64,000 nt of DNA. Origin: Octopus vulgaris. Its lineage: Eukaryota. The position numbers were made by a program, and so were the translations under genes. The stretch spans positions 94,364,001 through 94,428,000 of the forward strand of contig OX597824.1 of assembly GCA_951406725.2 (NCBI GenBank). Reading direction: 5' to 3'. The notes under the pieces are model-generated. The model was given only the letters and a program-made list of their open reading frames with translations, ran no database searches and had not been told where the DNA came from. Numbering within the stretch: the first letter of the stretch is position 1; every line of letters begins with the position of its first letter. This document shows, in pieces, positions 41,700 through 56,783 of the stretch.

Positions 41700-41867
41700 C
41701 ACGACGAGCTTCTCTCAGTTTCTGTCTACCAAATCCACTCACAAGGCTTTGGTCGGCCTGAGGCTATATAGTAGAAGACACTTGCCCAAGGTGCCACGCA
41801 GTGAGACTGAACCCGGAACTACGTGGCTGGTAAGCAAGCTACTTACCACACAGCCACTCCTGCGCCT
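41482..41867 (-). mobile_element. SINE family A
   Basis: Reverse complement of the family A consensus seen elsewhere in the window. Confidence 0.9.
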
Positions 41868-42356
41868 ATTCGTATTTGAAAACTATATTTTCAGTTACGT
41901 TGAGACAGAGCTCTGCAGAGAACTGATTGATAAGTCTTGTCGAATCGTCTTAATTCCGACGAATGCTACTAAACGAAGTAATAAAGGAATTTATGGATGA
42001 CCATGATGCATTCACAGACAGATAAAATGATTTGAATCAGGAAAGCTAGCAGCGACGAGGAAATACATTAGCGTTCAATGGCGACTGGCTTTTGGATTGA
42101 GACGCTTCACTCCTTCGACTTGTAATGGCGTTTCCATATTTCAGTATAAATAGCTCTCCCGCCTCCTCCTCCTCCTCCTCCTTTCCCGCTCTACCGCTTT
42201 TGTTTTACACAGCCTAAGGCTTGGAAGAAGGAATCGACGGATATTATTGCCAGAAATATGGCACAAACCAACCGAGAGACCTAATCTTCCGCTGCGTAAA
42301 AGATCTCGGAAGAACGATAACAACAACTGGTATAACGACAACGACAATTATAGCGG

Positions 42357-42387
<31 letters not shown>

Positions 42388-42397
42388 CATGATCATG

Positions 42398-42446
<49 letters not shown>

Positions 42447-42488
42447 GAATAAGAATAATAATAATAATAAGAAGAAGAAGAAGAAGAA

Positions 42489-42559
<71 letters not shown>

Positions 42560-42640
42560 GTAATAATGATAATAATAACAATGATAATAATAATAATAAC
42601 AATAATAATAATAATAATAATAATAATGATAATAATAATA

Positions 42641-42689
<49 letters not shown>

Positions 42690-42724
42690 TGATAAAAATA
42701 ATAATGATAATAATAACAATGATG

Positions 42725-42792
<68 letters not shown>

Positions 42793-42797
42793 ATTAT

Positions 42798-42917
<120 letters not shown>

Positions 42918-42969
42918 TATTATTATTATTATTATTATTATTATAATAATAATAATAATAATAATAATG

Positions 42970-43061
<92 letters not shown>

Positions 43062-43076
43062 TATTATTATTATTAT

Positions 43077-43127
<51 letters not shown>

Positions 43128-43128
<1 letters not shown>

Positions 43129-44056
43129 TGAAATCCAAACTAAAAATAGAACAGCAAAGAACCATGATAAAACGATGGCAAGAAAAGCCCCTTCATGGTA
43201 AATACTGGACTAAACTAAACGCAAAAGAAATAGACAAAGAAAAATCCCAGCAATGGTTGAGAAGCTCAGGACTCAAAGCAGAAACAGAGGGATTTTTAAT
43301 TGCAGCACAAGACCAAAGCCTCCCCACCAGAAATTACCAAAAACATGTAATGAAAAGAAATATTACAAGTAACTGCAGAATATGTGGAGATGGACAAGAA
43401 ACAATAAATCATATTATCTCTAGCTGCCCAGTCCTGGCTAAGAAGGAATATATTCACAGACATGACAGAGTTGGAACTTACATACATTGGAAGCTATGCC
43501 AACATTATGGAATAACAACAGAAAAAAAAAAAAAAAAAAAGATGGTATAGGCACACACCAGAAAAGGTCACAGAAAACGAGAAAGCAACCATACTCTGGG
43601 ATATGCCGATACACACAGATAGAGAAATTAAGGCCAACAGACCAGATATAGTTGTCAGAGACCATGAAGAAAAAAAATGCTTTCTAATTGATGTATCAGT
43701 ACCGGCAGATGACAACGTGTCTCTAAAAGAAATGGAGAAACTCTCAAAATACAAAGACCTGGAAATAGAGGTAACTAGAATGTGGAATCTGAAAACAGAA
43801 ACAATTCCTATCATAGTAGGTGCATTAGGCATGATAAAAAAATATTCAGACAAATACATAACAAAAACACCAGGACTTACAAACACATATAACATACAGA
43901 AAATTGCACTACTGGGCACTGCACACATCCTACGCAGAACACTTTCCATACAATAACCATCAGAGCATCACAACAAATCACAGCACATACCCAAGGCACA
44001 CAGAGCTGTGCTCGGTAGTGAAGTGAAAGCACGCTATAAAAATAAAAATAAAACTA

Positions 44057-44060
<4 letters not shown>
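43128..44060 (+). mobile_element. 5'-truncated RLE-clade (R4/Dong-like) non-LTR retrotransposon: CCHC finger, restriction-like endonuclease and 3' UTR
   Basis: LHGKY..AAQDQ..CRICGDGQETINHIISSC..RHDRV, then a frameshift in the A-run at 43522-43540, then ILWD..RPDIVV..IDVSVP..KLSKYKDL..GALG..GTAHILRRTLSIQ* (stop at 43956). (AAT)n flanks both sides. Confidence 0.93.
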
Positions 44061-44140
<80 letters not shown>

Positions 44141-44467
44141 CCTTATGTGCATAAAAATGATATGATGTAATTGAATATATCAAACGAACTAGATAGCCGG
44201 AGATTATCGTATATGATAAGGATGTTTACTTGTTCGACAAGAGAAGGAAGATGGAAATAAAAAGTTCAGTGTTTCAATAAATTGTATTTTTTTTTTTTTT
44301 TTTGATAGTTTTTGTCCCTGAGATGATTTGCTCACTGAATTTAGGTAATTCCGTCTCTGCCGTCTTTCAATGAAGTTTGAATATCAAATTAATGACAAGG
44401 ATATAATTGTGTTGATCACTCCATGCCTCCATGATTTATTCATGTTACATATGGCTAAACACAGACC

Positions 44468-44503
<36 letters not shown>

Positions 44504-45289
44504 CGTCTGTTTCGCGATGTTTTGTATGACTGCACCTGAAATATTTCTTTTATCTCTTATCATTATGCATGGCCAGCTTCTACGATATTTACCTGAATGT
44601 ATCTAGAAGCAATTACAATCACTATCTTCAATCAGGTCGATGCCTTCATATCATATTATTTGTAATACTAATTATGTAATCATAAAGAAATCAATTTGGC
44701 TGTTTAGCACTTTGATACTTTAGCGACCTCAGTAAGATTCAACACAGCACACAGCGTATATTAAGACTTCAATATCTTAATAAATGAAAATAAATACTTG
44801 CGTGTTACAAGTTGCAGGTCACAATTTTGCACTTTGGCTTCTGAAATTTTGCATCGAAGGAATTTTTCCAAGATGTCTATGTGACTTTTTCTGATACGTT
44901 TTATATTTGATATTTAATGCGTATTTTACATTATTATTTTTTTATTTGTATATTAGTAGAATATTATGTAGAGACTAAATGTAGAGACTGTATCGGTAAA
45001 TGTTTGATTATTTTCTTTCTTCTATTTGAAAAGGGGAAATTTTCCCGAAATTTTTTAGCATCATTAGCCGACTTATATAAGATAATACAATATCTTTTGT
45101 TCTTGTTTTCATTTATTGGGAAACCTTAAATATTTTACATAATTTTTCATCTGCATCGTTCAAACGGTCTTTCAAATATTTTAAATCACTAAGCAGACTA
45201 CTTCAGTTCTCCTGTTTACTAGGTTGCTGCTGTTGCGTGTTTTTTTTGTTTGTTTGTTTTTTGGGAGAAGTCCGAAACATGGTCCTTTG

Positions 45290-45475
45290 TGTTGTACCTG
45301 TATTTCTAAGGGCCAGCCTTGTCACACTCTGTGTCACGCTGAATCTCCTTCAGAACTACAACATGGGTACGTGTGTCTGTGGAGTGCTCAGCCACTTGCA
45401 CGTTAATTTCACGAGCAGGTAATTCCATTGTTCAGATCAACTAGAGCACTCGCTGTCGTAACCGACGGAGTACCA
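45290..45475 (+). mobile_element. SINE 3' body (family D); second copy at ~52295-52520
   Basis: ccagccttgtc..tgtcacgctgaatctcc..ctcagccacttgcacgttaatttcac..cagatcaact..gtcgtaaccgacggagt is present twice. Confidence 0.75.
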
Positions 45476-45577
45476 TTTTATATAGCACTGCCACGCAACG
45501 ACACCTCCAATTTAAATACTATTCCACCGCACCATCTCATCACATCACACTTCTACACTGCAACATTTCAAAAATTA

Positions 45578-46002
45578 AGGGCAGCGAGCTGTCAGAAACG
45601 TTAGCACGCCAGGCGAAATGCTTAGCGGTATTTCGTCTGTCGCAACGTTCTGAGTTCAAATTCCGCCGAGGTCGACTTTGCCCTTCATCCTTTCGGGGTC
45701 GATTAAATAAGTACCAGTTACGCACTGGGATCGATATAATCGACTTAATCCGTTTGTCTGTCCTTGTTTGTCCTCTCTGTGTTTAGCCCCTTGTGGGTAG
45801 TAAAGAAATAGAAATAGGTATTTCGTCTGCCGCTACGTTCTGAGTTCAAATTCCGCCGAGGTCGACTCTGCCTTTCATCCTTTCGGGGTCGATTAAATAA
45901 GTACCAGTTACGTACTGGCGTCGATGTAATCAACTTAATCCCTTTGCCTGTCCTTGTTTGTCCCCTCTGTGTTTAGCCCCTTGTGGGCAATAAAGAAATA
46001 AG
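45578..46002 (+). mobile_element. SINE family B, dimeric, young
   Basis: Head plus two nearly identical core-and-tail units, ending ttgtgggcaataaagaaata. Confidence 0.92.
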
Positions 46003-46272
46003 AACGTTTCAAAACCGAATCATTCAACTACACACTACACTTCCATTTCTGTTCTGCATTATACTTGTTGTGCAGCAGTGTACATCTTTACAAGTACACT
46101 TCCAACCAATTACACTTGTCTCTCTTACTTTAAAATGTGAATATAAAATTCCTCGAAGTAACCAACAATCAATAGATGTAAGTATGTCTCGTATCATTAT
46201 ACGCATATCTATAGTACGTATATTTATTTGTATACCTGATGTATAAACGCACACACACGCACACACAAATAC

Positions 46273-46327
<55 letters not shown>

Positions 46328-46577
46328 TATAGATATATATATATATACATACACATATATAGGTTATATTTATATATCTAATATACATTATATATATATA
46401 TTTGTATGTGTGTATGTAGTTATGTATATATCTATATATCTATATATATATGCATATATCTATATATACATACATATATATATTTACTTATATTTATATG
46501 TATATATTTACTTGTATATACATAGAGAAGATATGTATATATGTGCATATATATATATATATACAAACACACAACAT

Positions 46578-46641
<64 letters not shown>

Positions 46642-46790
46642 GCGAGCGCACACACACACACACACATGCATAGGCATAAACAAAGAGATACATAAAGTTT
46701 TTACAAGAATCACACTTTGAGTAATAACGAAAACAAGCACAGCTGGAAAAACAAACAGCAAAAAATACTCATCAACAAAAACAACAACAA

Positions 46791-46831
<41 letters not shown>

Positions 46832-46907
46832 TAATGATGATGAATGAATGAATAATAATGAATGATGATGATGATGATGATGATAATAATAATAATAATA
46901 ATAATGA

Positions 46908-46945
<38 letters not shown>

Positions 46946-47030
46946 TAATAATAATAATAATAATAATATGATGATGATGATGATGATAATAATAATAATA
47001 AAAAGAATGATGATAATAATAATAATAATG

Positions 47031-47076
<46 letters not shown>

Positions 47077-47102
47077 TAATAATAATAATAATAATAATGA
47101 TG

Positions 47103-47175
<73 letters not shown>

Positions 47176-47226
47176 TAATAATAATAATGATAATAATAAT
47201 AATAATAATAATAAATGATAATAATA

Positions 47227-47342
<116 letters not shown>

Positions 47343-47591
47343 TAAATAATAATAGTAATGAAGCAGAAACAATGAAAACAATTGAACGAGAATGGATGAC
47401 AATGAGATGATAGTTTGATATCAAAGAGAAGTTTTGAAGAGAGAAAAAAACATTAAAAAAAACGCAGAATTGTTTTTGATAGCATTAGAAAAAAGCGACT
47501 GATCTCTGAGTCGACAACTTTGATACGAAACAACGGAGTAGCAGGTTCCGCCGCAAGTTTATGCAGGGACACATTCAATATACATACATAC

Positions 47592-47638
<47 letters not shown>

Positions 47639-47743
47639 TATATACATATATATACGTACAAAAAAACATTTATATATACATATATAAACATATATATGCA
47701 TATATATATATATACAAAAAATAAAGACACATTTATATATATA

Positions 47744-47784
<41 letters not shown>

Positions 47785-47799
47785 CATGTGTACATATAT

Positions 47800-47888
<89 letters not shown>

Positions 47889-48357
47889 CATATGAAAATT
47901 CAACTCCATTTATAAATGCTGTTTACTTATTTTTATTTTCATTTAATATAGACACACATCTATCTATCTATCTGTCTGTCTATCCTTCTATCTGTTTATC
48001 TATCAATCTATCACTCTATTTATCTGTGACTCCATCTTTCTTTCTAGTCGTCATGTATGCGCCATTATCTCTTCATTTCTTGGTGTATATTTTCTCTCTT
48101 TCTCCCATTCTCTCTCATTCTGCACGTATGCATGTATTCATTTTATATACATAAGTACCTCCATATGTCTGTGTGTCTGAACTAATGTAACTAGGTACGT
48201 CCATCGCGGTGTATATGTGTTTTCGGTGCATCTATTTCTTTGTTGTATGTATAGTGTCTACGTGAATTCCACTCGTTGGTGATGTCCTGTACTTGATGTA
48301 TTTTATATTTATTCATATATATATATATACATATGTATGTGTGTGTACGTGGGAGTG

Positions 48358-48390
<33 letters not shown>

Positions 48391-48784
48391 ACGTATGTAA
48401 ATGACGAAGGAACAGGAAGTGCGTAAACAGTTTCATTAGCTTACAGTTGTTTCTACCATGTCATGCAGTGTACTCAGAGCTGAGTGCTCCTGCAGTACCT
48501 TATAGCTTCCTCAGAGGTTTTAAAATGAAGGGCAAGTTTACCTAAGCACTTCCTTAAATTATATGTATAAATATACATATATATATGTATAGTTATACGT
48601 GCGCATATACAGACATACATGCATACATACGTACGTATGTACGTGCCCATGTGGCTTTGGATACGTTTGTGTGTGTGTAAATGTGTGTGTATGCGTATGT
48701 ACGTGTGTGTGTGCGTATGTGTGTGTACGTGTGTGTGTCTGCGTGTGTGTGTACGTGTGTGTATGTACGTGTGTTTGTGTGTGC

Positions 48785-49050
48785 GGCTCTTTTGCCGAAC
48801 CACTAAGTTACGGGAACATAAACACACCAGCATCGATTGTCAAGCGAATTTGGGGTGGGGGGGATAAACACAGACGCACAAACATATACACACACATACA
48901 TATATATATACATATATACGACGGACTTCTTTCAGTTCCCATCTACCAAATCCACTCACAAGGCTTTGGTCGGCCCGAGGCTATAGTAGAGGACACTTGC
49001 CCAAGTGCCACGCAGTGGGAATGAACCCGGAACCATGTGGTTGGGAAGCA
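48785..49050 (-). mobile_element. SINE family A, partial
   Basis: ctcttttgccgaacc..accaaatccactcacaaggctttggtcggcccgaggctatagtag. Confidence 0.88.
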
Positions 49051-49215
49051 AGCTTCTTATTACGCTATCACTCTATGTGTGTGTGTGTGTGTGTGTACAT
49101 GTAGATAATGGTCCATGTCTGCCTCAACCTATAAATGTACCCATAGACGATATATAGTGTTACACAAACATACGCTGCCACATATATAAATATATATTAT
49201 TAGATGTCACGCACA

Positions 49216-49292
<77 letters not shown>

Positions 49293-49297
49293 GCGTA

Positions 49298-50075
49298 TAT
49301 AATGGGTTGACCAAAAAATCCGTTTGATTTCTTTTAAGCTATGCTAAATCCCAAATTTTAAACACAAAACGATTTATTCAATCAACGCCATAATTACCAT
49401 TTGGTTCCAGTATCTTCGGCCATCTTGTAGGCTTACCCATTATTTACTGCTGAAAGAATTTCCTGTCTTCACTGTCGAAAAATTCCTCCAGATGAATTTT
49501 TACATCTTCGTCAGGTTCCTTCAATGAATTTTTTAAGAGACCAAAACAGGTGGAAATCTGAAGGTGCAAGGTCGGTTGAATTTGGAAGGGGTGGCAAAAC
49601 TTCCTAGCCAAGCCCCAGTGATTTCTGCCGCGACTGCAAAGAAGTGTGTGGTCTGGCATTATCGTGATGAAAGACAAACCCTTACAATTAGCAAGTACTG
49701 GACGCTTCAAGAAGATGACTGTGTTTAATTTGTTCAGCTGGTCACAGTACACAGCCTAATTGATAGTCCTGTTCGTAAGAAGAAGCTGGGAAAAGACAAC
49801 ACCTTTCCAACCCCACCAAATTGAAAGAATTAACTTTTTTGTGCGAATTTCTGCCCTGGAGGTTGTTTGTGGTGGCTTGCCGACTTCCTTCATGATTGAT
49901 AACGCTTCACATTGTTACAGAATATCCAATTTTAGTCTCTTGTCACAATTCTCTTTAAAAAACAGAGTCGTTTCTTTCATGTACCTGTTACGAATTGCAG
50001 AAGGAAACCCGTTGGGCGAGGTTAGCCTCATTTAACTGATGTGAAACCCAAAGATTAAGGATATCAATCTCACTA
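49298..50075 (-). mobile_element. Mariner transposase pseudogene (catalytic domain) and right TIR
   Basis: Minus-strand motifs IVTRD*NWI (IVTGDEKW), YCDQL, VFHHDNARPH, a PDLAPSDFHLF-like segment and LPTRW..NGNY. A TIR-like aatgggttgaccaaaaaatccgtttgattt lies next to TA. Confidence 0.88.
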
Positions 50076-50267
50076 ACCAACCAACACCTTGACCTACCTA
50101 AACATCTTCCTCCGGATCCTGCAAGTAAAAGAAAGTACAACGTTGAAATATCTGTAAATTAATGACTAGCTGAGTGTGTGTTAGCAATCATTTATCCTTC
50201 CTGCACGAACTAAAATTAATTATAAACTCTTCATCATAATTAAAAAATATAATTCGGCTGTATAAAC

Positions 50268-51265
50268 ATACGAAGGTGTGAGAGTGAGTGATGTGCGGCA
50301 GTTTGAGGTTTTGCTTCGCTAAACAATTTATAAGCTTACATTCACCAAGATTTCATGTGTGTTGATGCACAAAAGATGGAGGAATTTGTATGACCTATTG
50401 TATAATATATGTCTACATAAAGAACAACTATGTCACAATATATGTATGGACGTGTGAACTTTAGCTACCGTTTATTCATCCCGTAAGAACCAACATTAAT
50501 TATAACTTCTTAATTAAATCCCTTAATTACATCTTAATTACATCTCCATAAGAATATTTTTGTAAAACGTTTCTTCCCAAAAATATTCTCTTTAAAATAT
50601 TTCTTTAAACAAAATACACCTGAAAAATTTTTATTAATTAATTTTGATCACAAAATTAAAAATCTATGATAAAAATATTACAACGAACCCAGAAAAAAAG
50701 ACATCATTTGGACGCCATTTTCTTCCAACATCACGGATTAAATTCATAACAAAAACACATCAATAAATCCATTTAAATACACACGGTTTATTTAAAACTA
50801 AAACTAAAAGCTCAAACTTATCTTACAAATCTAAAAGAAAACATAATTATAGAAATATGGTGCGTTAAATACCAACCTTTCAAAATGTAAAATAATAATC
50901 CAGATTATAGCAACTTCCTGCTATTTTCGATGTTTTAATGCAGATAAATGTTTAATGATGAGTATTTTGTTTTTATATTTGGATTGCAAAATTCTTGATG
51001 TGAACTCGAGTGTTGAAACATACTGTTGTATCTTAGACGGGAGTCATTCTGCCAATAACACACACACACACTCACTGCTGCTATTTCCCTTCTTTAAATT
51101 CTTTCGTCGCCATTCTTTATCTTAATTTTTAAAGAAATGAACTTTACATAAATACACGAAGGTGTGAGAGTGAGTGATGTGTGGCAGTTTGAGGTTTTGC
51201 ACTCACCAAAATTTCGTTTGCTTTGATGAATAAAAGATTGAGGAATTCATATGACCTATTTTAAA
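50268..51265 (+). mobile_element. Degenerate Penelope-like relic bracketed by ~110-130-bp direct repeats
   Basis: cgaaggtgtgagagtgagtgatgtg.ggcagtttgaggttttgc..tgacctatt occurs at ~50271 and ~51157. Between them RKKDIIW-TPFSSNIT (~50690) resembles the PLE motif RKRNIIWFNPPYS. Confidence 0.45.
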
Positions 51266-51701
51266 GAATACATGCCCTCTCAACTCTAGGTTTACTTAAG
51301 GTCTGTCTACAGATAGACAGACAGATTTGAAGCAGAGCTAGAGTAGAGAGGCTATGCCATTAGTGAGGTCGAGAATGGCGACGAATAACACTTTGGAAAT
51401 TCTAGCTGATCGACTGATTAATCAAACAATCGATTGGATTGGTTAATTAGTTAAATGATTAACCAATTGATAAATAAAAATAAAGTGAAACAGAACCAGT
51501 GTGTGTCCTTATTATAGGCATAACGACCCTCCCAAGATAAATGGAACAAAAACGCAATAGAGGGCAATAAAACATCTGGATAGATAGACGATACAAAGGC
51601 GGAGAGGGAATACGACAATTAGAGGGACAGGAAAAAAAGGACGGATCATACGTGGCCTTCTTTTGTCAGTCGAGTTACCAGATGTCCTTACAGTTTCGGG
51701 C

Positions 51702-51843
51702 AGGCGTGGCTGTGTGGTAAGAAACTTGCTTCCCAACCACATGATTGCGGATTCAGTCCCTTCGTCAAGTGTCTTCTACTATAGCCTTTGGCTGACCAAA
51801 GCATTGTGAGTGGACTTGATAGACGGAAACTGAAAGAAGCCCA

Positions 51844-51913
<70 letters not shown>

Positions 51914-52280
51914 ATGCATGTATGTATGTATGTTACAAATATTATAATAAATATTATAATAAATAGGTTAAATTTACCTATAAGGTTTTTATATCGGCAC
52001 TGACCCCTTGGTAAAATCATTAATGATTTTTACCCTTTATTATGATTAATATATATATATATATATTTGGGTTTGTGTCTGTGTTTGTCGCCCCACCATC
52101 GCTTGACAACCGAGGCTGGTGTGTTTACGCCAACGTAACTTAGCAGTTCGGCAAAAGAGTCCGATAGAATATGTACAAAGCTTACAAAGAATAAGTCCTG
52201 GCGTGGATTTGTTCGACTAAAGGTGGTGCTACAGCATGGCCGCAATCAAATGAGTGAAACAAATAAAAGACCAAAAGGGT
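51702..52280 (+). mobile_element. SINE family A split by an insertion in its internal microsatellite
   Basis: The 5' half is 51702-51845 and the 3' half is 52065-52280, with an unrelated AT-rich piece at ~51930-52050. Confidence 0.85.
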
Positions 52281-52574
52281 AAAAGACATATAATGTGTCC
52301 TCCCGTCGCTCCAGCTCGCTCAGCTGGCAAAAATGTGTTGTACATGTAGTTTTTAAGGGTCAGCCTTGTCCCTTTCAGTGTCACGCTGAATCTCCTTGAA
52401 AACTAAGTTAAGGGTACGAGTGTGTGTGGAGTACTCAGCCACTTGCACGTTAATTTCACCAGCAGGTTGTCCCGTTGATCAGATCAACTGGAACCATCGT
52501 CGTCGTAAGCGACGGAGTGTCAGTGTAGACAGACAGATGGATAGAGAGTGAGAGAGATAGAGAGAGACAGAGAA

Positions 52575-52641
<67 letters not shown>

Positions 52642-52887
52642 CATACATACATACATACATACATAGACGTACAAGGCATATGTATGTATATATGTATGTA
52701 TGTATGTACGTATGCATGTATGTATGTGCGTATGTATGTATGTATGTATGTATGTATGTATGTATGTATGTATGTATGTATGTATATCTGTATGTATGAA
52801 TGTACGTATGTGTGTAGATATTTCTAGAAACAAATAAGCGTATTATCCATGCATTCACACAGCCATCCAAATGATTGAATGTGTGTG

Positions 52888-52974
<87 letters not shown>

Positions 52975-53017
52975 ATATATGTATATATATATATATATTT
53001 ATGTATATATATATATT

Positions 53018-53063
<46 letters not shown>

Positions 53064-53209
53064 CATACATGTGTATATTTATGTATGTGTCTATTTGCAT
53101 CTGCTTAAATAGAAGCCAATGATATATTTTCATATACGACCATCATTTACTTGTTTTATAAAGCGATATAAGTTTATGGTTTTACATATTTAAAAAAAAT
53201 GCATTGTTA

Positions 53210-53280
<71 letters not shown>

Positions 53281-53450
53281 AGATCAAAGGAACGAGGCAA
53301 GGAAATGAAAACGCGCATATTTCAAAAAATATATATACCTACACGCGTGAATACTCACGCATTAGTTGAGTGCGAATGTATACATATGTATATGCGTATG
53401 CATATATACATATATATATATTTATGTATGCATGTATGTATGTATGTATG

Positions 53451-53519
<69 letters not shown>

Positions 53520-54115
53520 TTGTGTGTGTGTATGTATATATATATATATTAAATATATATGTAAATATATATGCATATATATATATATATATATATACAT
53601 ATACACATATAATCCATATATATATATATATATATACATATGTGTATATATATGCGTGTGTCTGTGTGAATACACACATGTCTACTCATGTATGTATTCA
53701 TGTATGTATATGCATATAACATACATATACTAAATATAGTTATTACCTCAATACACGAGAACATAGAACATCACACACACACATACGCGCACACATATAT
53801 ATACACACTTACACACACAATGCTGCACATATAAGGAAGTACAATGTAAATTACACAGACGTGAAACAAAACTGTAGTAAAAAAAAAGAAAAAAGAAAAA
53901 AGAACAAATAAATGAAATTTTAAAAAAAAGGGGACATAACAAAACAAACGTGAGTGTATTCACAACGAAAGACGAGCAACAAAGTGAACAACATCCATAA
54001 TAACACGTAGAGAATGTTACTTAAAGCGGAAATGATTTCAGTGATATCGTATAGGAAGGATATCTGCTCCATGCATGCTTTCACACTCAAGTATAATTCC
54101 ACTATATCATATGCA

Positions 54116-54158
<43 letters not shown>

Positions 54159-54354
54159 CAATAATAATAATAACAATAATAATAATAATAATAATAGTAA
54201 TAGTAATAATAATAGTAACAGTAATAACAATAATAATAATGATAATAGTTATAATAATAATAATTATAATAATAATAATAATTGTTATAATAATAATAGT
54301 AATAGTAATAATAATAATAACAATAATAATAATAATAAAATAATAATAATAACA

Positions 54355-54413
<59 letters not shown>

Positions 54414-54473
54414 TGTGATGAGAAAAATGATAATAATAATAATAACAACAATGATAATAATAATAATAACAAC

Positions 54474-54542
<69 letters not shown>

Positions 54543-54558
54543 TGTGATGAGAATAATG

Positions 54559-54602
<44 letters not shown>

Positions 54603-54669
54603 TGGGATGATAATAAGGATAATAATAATAACAATAATAATAATGATAATAATAACAATAGTAATAATG

Positions 54670-54740
<71 letters not shown>

Positions 54741-54748
54741 TGTGATGA

Positions 54749-54802
<54 letters not shown>

Positions 54803-54830
54803 CAACAACAATAACAACAACAACAACAAC

Positions 54831-54905
<75 letters not shown>

Positions 54906-54944
54906 TAGCGTTCCATTAATAAGGTAAAAAAAACTTTATCAATA

Positions 54945-55362
54945 AGGCCCGAAATTTTGGGGGAGGGCATCAGTCGATTGGATCGACCCCAGTACGCAAC
55001 TGGTACTTAATTTATCGACAACGATAAGGATGAAAGGCAAAGTCGACCTCGGCGGAATTTGAACTCAAAAAGTAAAGACAGACGAAATACCGCTAAGCAT
55101 TTCGCCCGCGTGCTAACGTTTCTGCCAGCTCGCCGCCTTATATTCTTTTCTACTGTAAGCATAAGTCCCGAAATTTTGGTGGTGGGGGCCAGTCAATTAG
55201 ATCGATCCCAGTACGCAACTGGTACTTAATTTATCGACCCCGATAAGGATGAAAGCAAAGTCGGCCTCGGTGGAATTTGAACTCAGAAAGTAAAAACAGA
55301 CGAAATACCTATTTCTTTACTACCCACAAGGGGCTAAACACAGAAGGGACAAACAAGGACAG
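54945..55362 (-). mobile_element. SINE family B, two adjacent copies
   Basis: Reverse-complement cores ctggtacttaatttatcgac..gatgaaag.caaagtcg.cctcgg at ~55000 and ~55220. Confidence 0.9.
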
Positions 55363-55594
55363 AAAGGGAAAACACATACCGCCGCGCTACCGTGCCCGAA
55401 ATCGAAAGAAGGAACCTAAGCTCGCGGTATCGACCACGTACACGTGGACGCACCCGCAACCGATGCCGGAAGGCTATCACGAGATACACGCTGTCGATAC
55501 AGCGACGTGGTCCGTCCCGTAAATTCCCGTGACATCTACCTCGATGTATATTGTAATTATACATACACATACCTACTCATATATATATATGTCA

Positions 55595-55637
<43 letters not shown>

Positions 55638-55639
55638 GC

Positions 55640-55679
<40 letters not shown>

Positions 55680-56547
55680 ACTCCACTGCATAGAGCACTA
55701 ATTCGACTACCGGCATACAGATAAATAGGACTCTCTTAAAATATAGGTATATAGACGTTTGATCTGGTGATGAACAACCAAGTTTTACGATCTTCTCCCC
55801 TTTTAGCAATTTACCGATGGCAATATACAGCAGCAGCAACATGTCAACAAAGAAACAACTTTCATGGCGAAATACCGACAGATTTTTAACCACTAAGACT
55901 ACTACTAGTATAACTACTACTGCTGCTACTAGTACAGCTACTACTGCTGCTTTAACCACTGCTTCCTCTATTGCTACAGAAGGAGAGAAACAAACCCCTT
56001 CCACTACATCTTAGGTTTGCACTCCTGCAAATACTGCTTAAGCTGCTACAGCTATTTCTACAAATGAGGCTACTACCACTACTAGTACTATTACTGCTTC
56101 TACTTTTATTATGAATAGTAATATTGCTGCTATTATTGCCTTCGCCACCATACTACTCCCAAAATTACGAACCACTCCGTAATATCAACATTGCCAGTAA
56201 GGAACAAAGGACAACGACCGCTGCTAAAACTGTTACTAAGTCTATTGTGACCATTAACTAACAGAAAGGAACGAACAACCACTTCCATTGTGAATCTTGA
56301 AAGCAAAACACGTCAACTTTTAAAGCTGCTGTTATGAAAGATTAAATTAATTTAATTTAATTTAATTCAACTTATTTTCTTTTTTTTTTTCGTTCATTGA
56401 ATGACTAAATAACGTCTAATAATTGAAACCGGTGGCATATTTTGATCAAAATGTAAATATTTTCTTACTTTTATCTATGATAAATTTTTAGAATTATTTT
56501 CTCCTTTCGCTTTTAATATAAATTTGCTCGTGTGAAACTTCTTAACC

Positions 56548-56597
<50 letters not shown>

Positions 56598-56738
56598 TCA
56601 CACACACACACACACACACATTTATATATACTCACAAACACGTAATTATGCGTAAATTTATCTACTTATATGTGTATGGGGAACGTAACTGTCTAACCTA
56701 ACCAAATTTTTGTTGTTAACTAACCCCTTTTCTTTATT

Positions 56739-56783
<45 letters not shown>

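Noticed and set aside
55817-56230. Thr/Ala-rich mucin-like ORF
   Set aside because: Decayed (ACT/GCT)n microsatellite with stops and no splice context.
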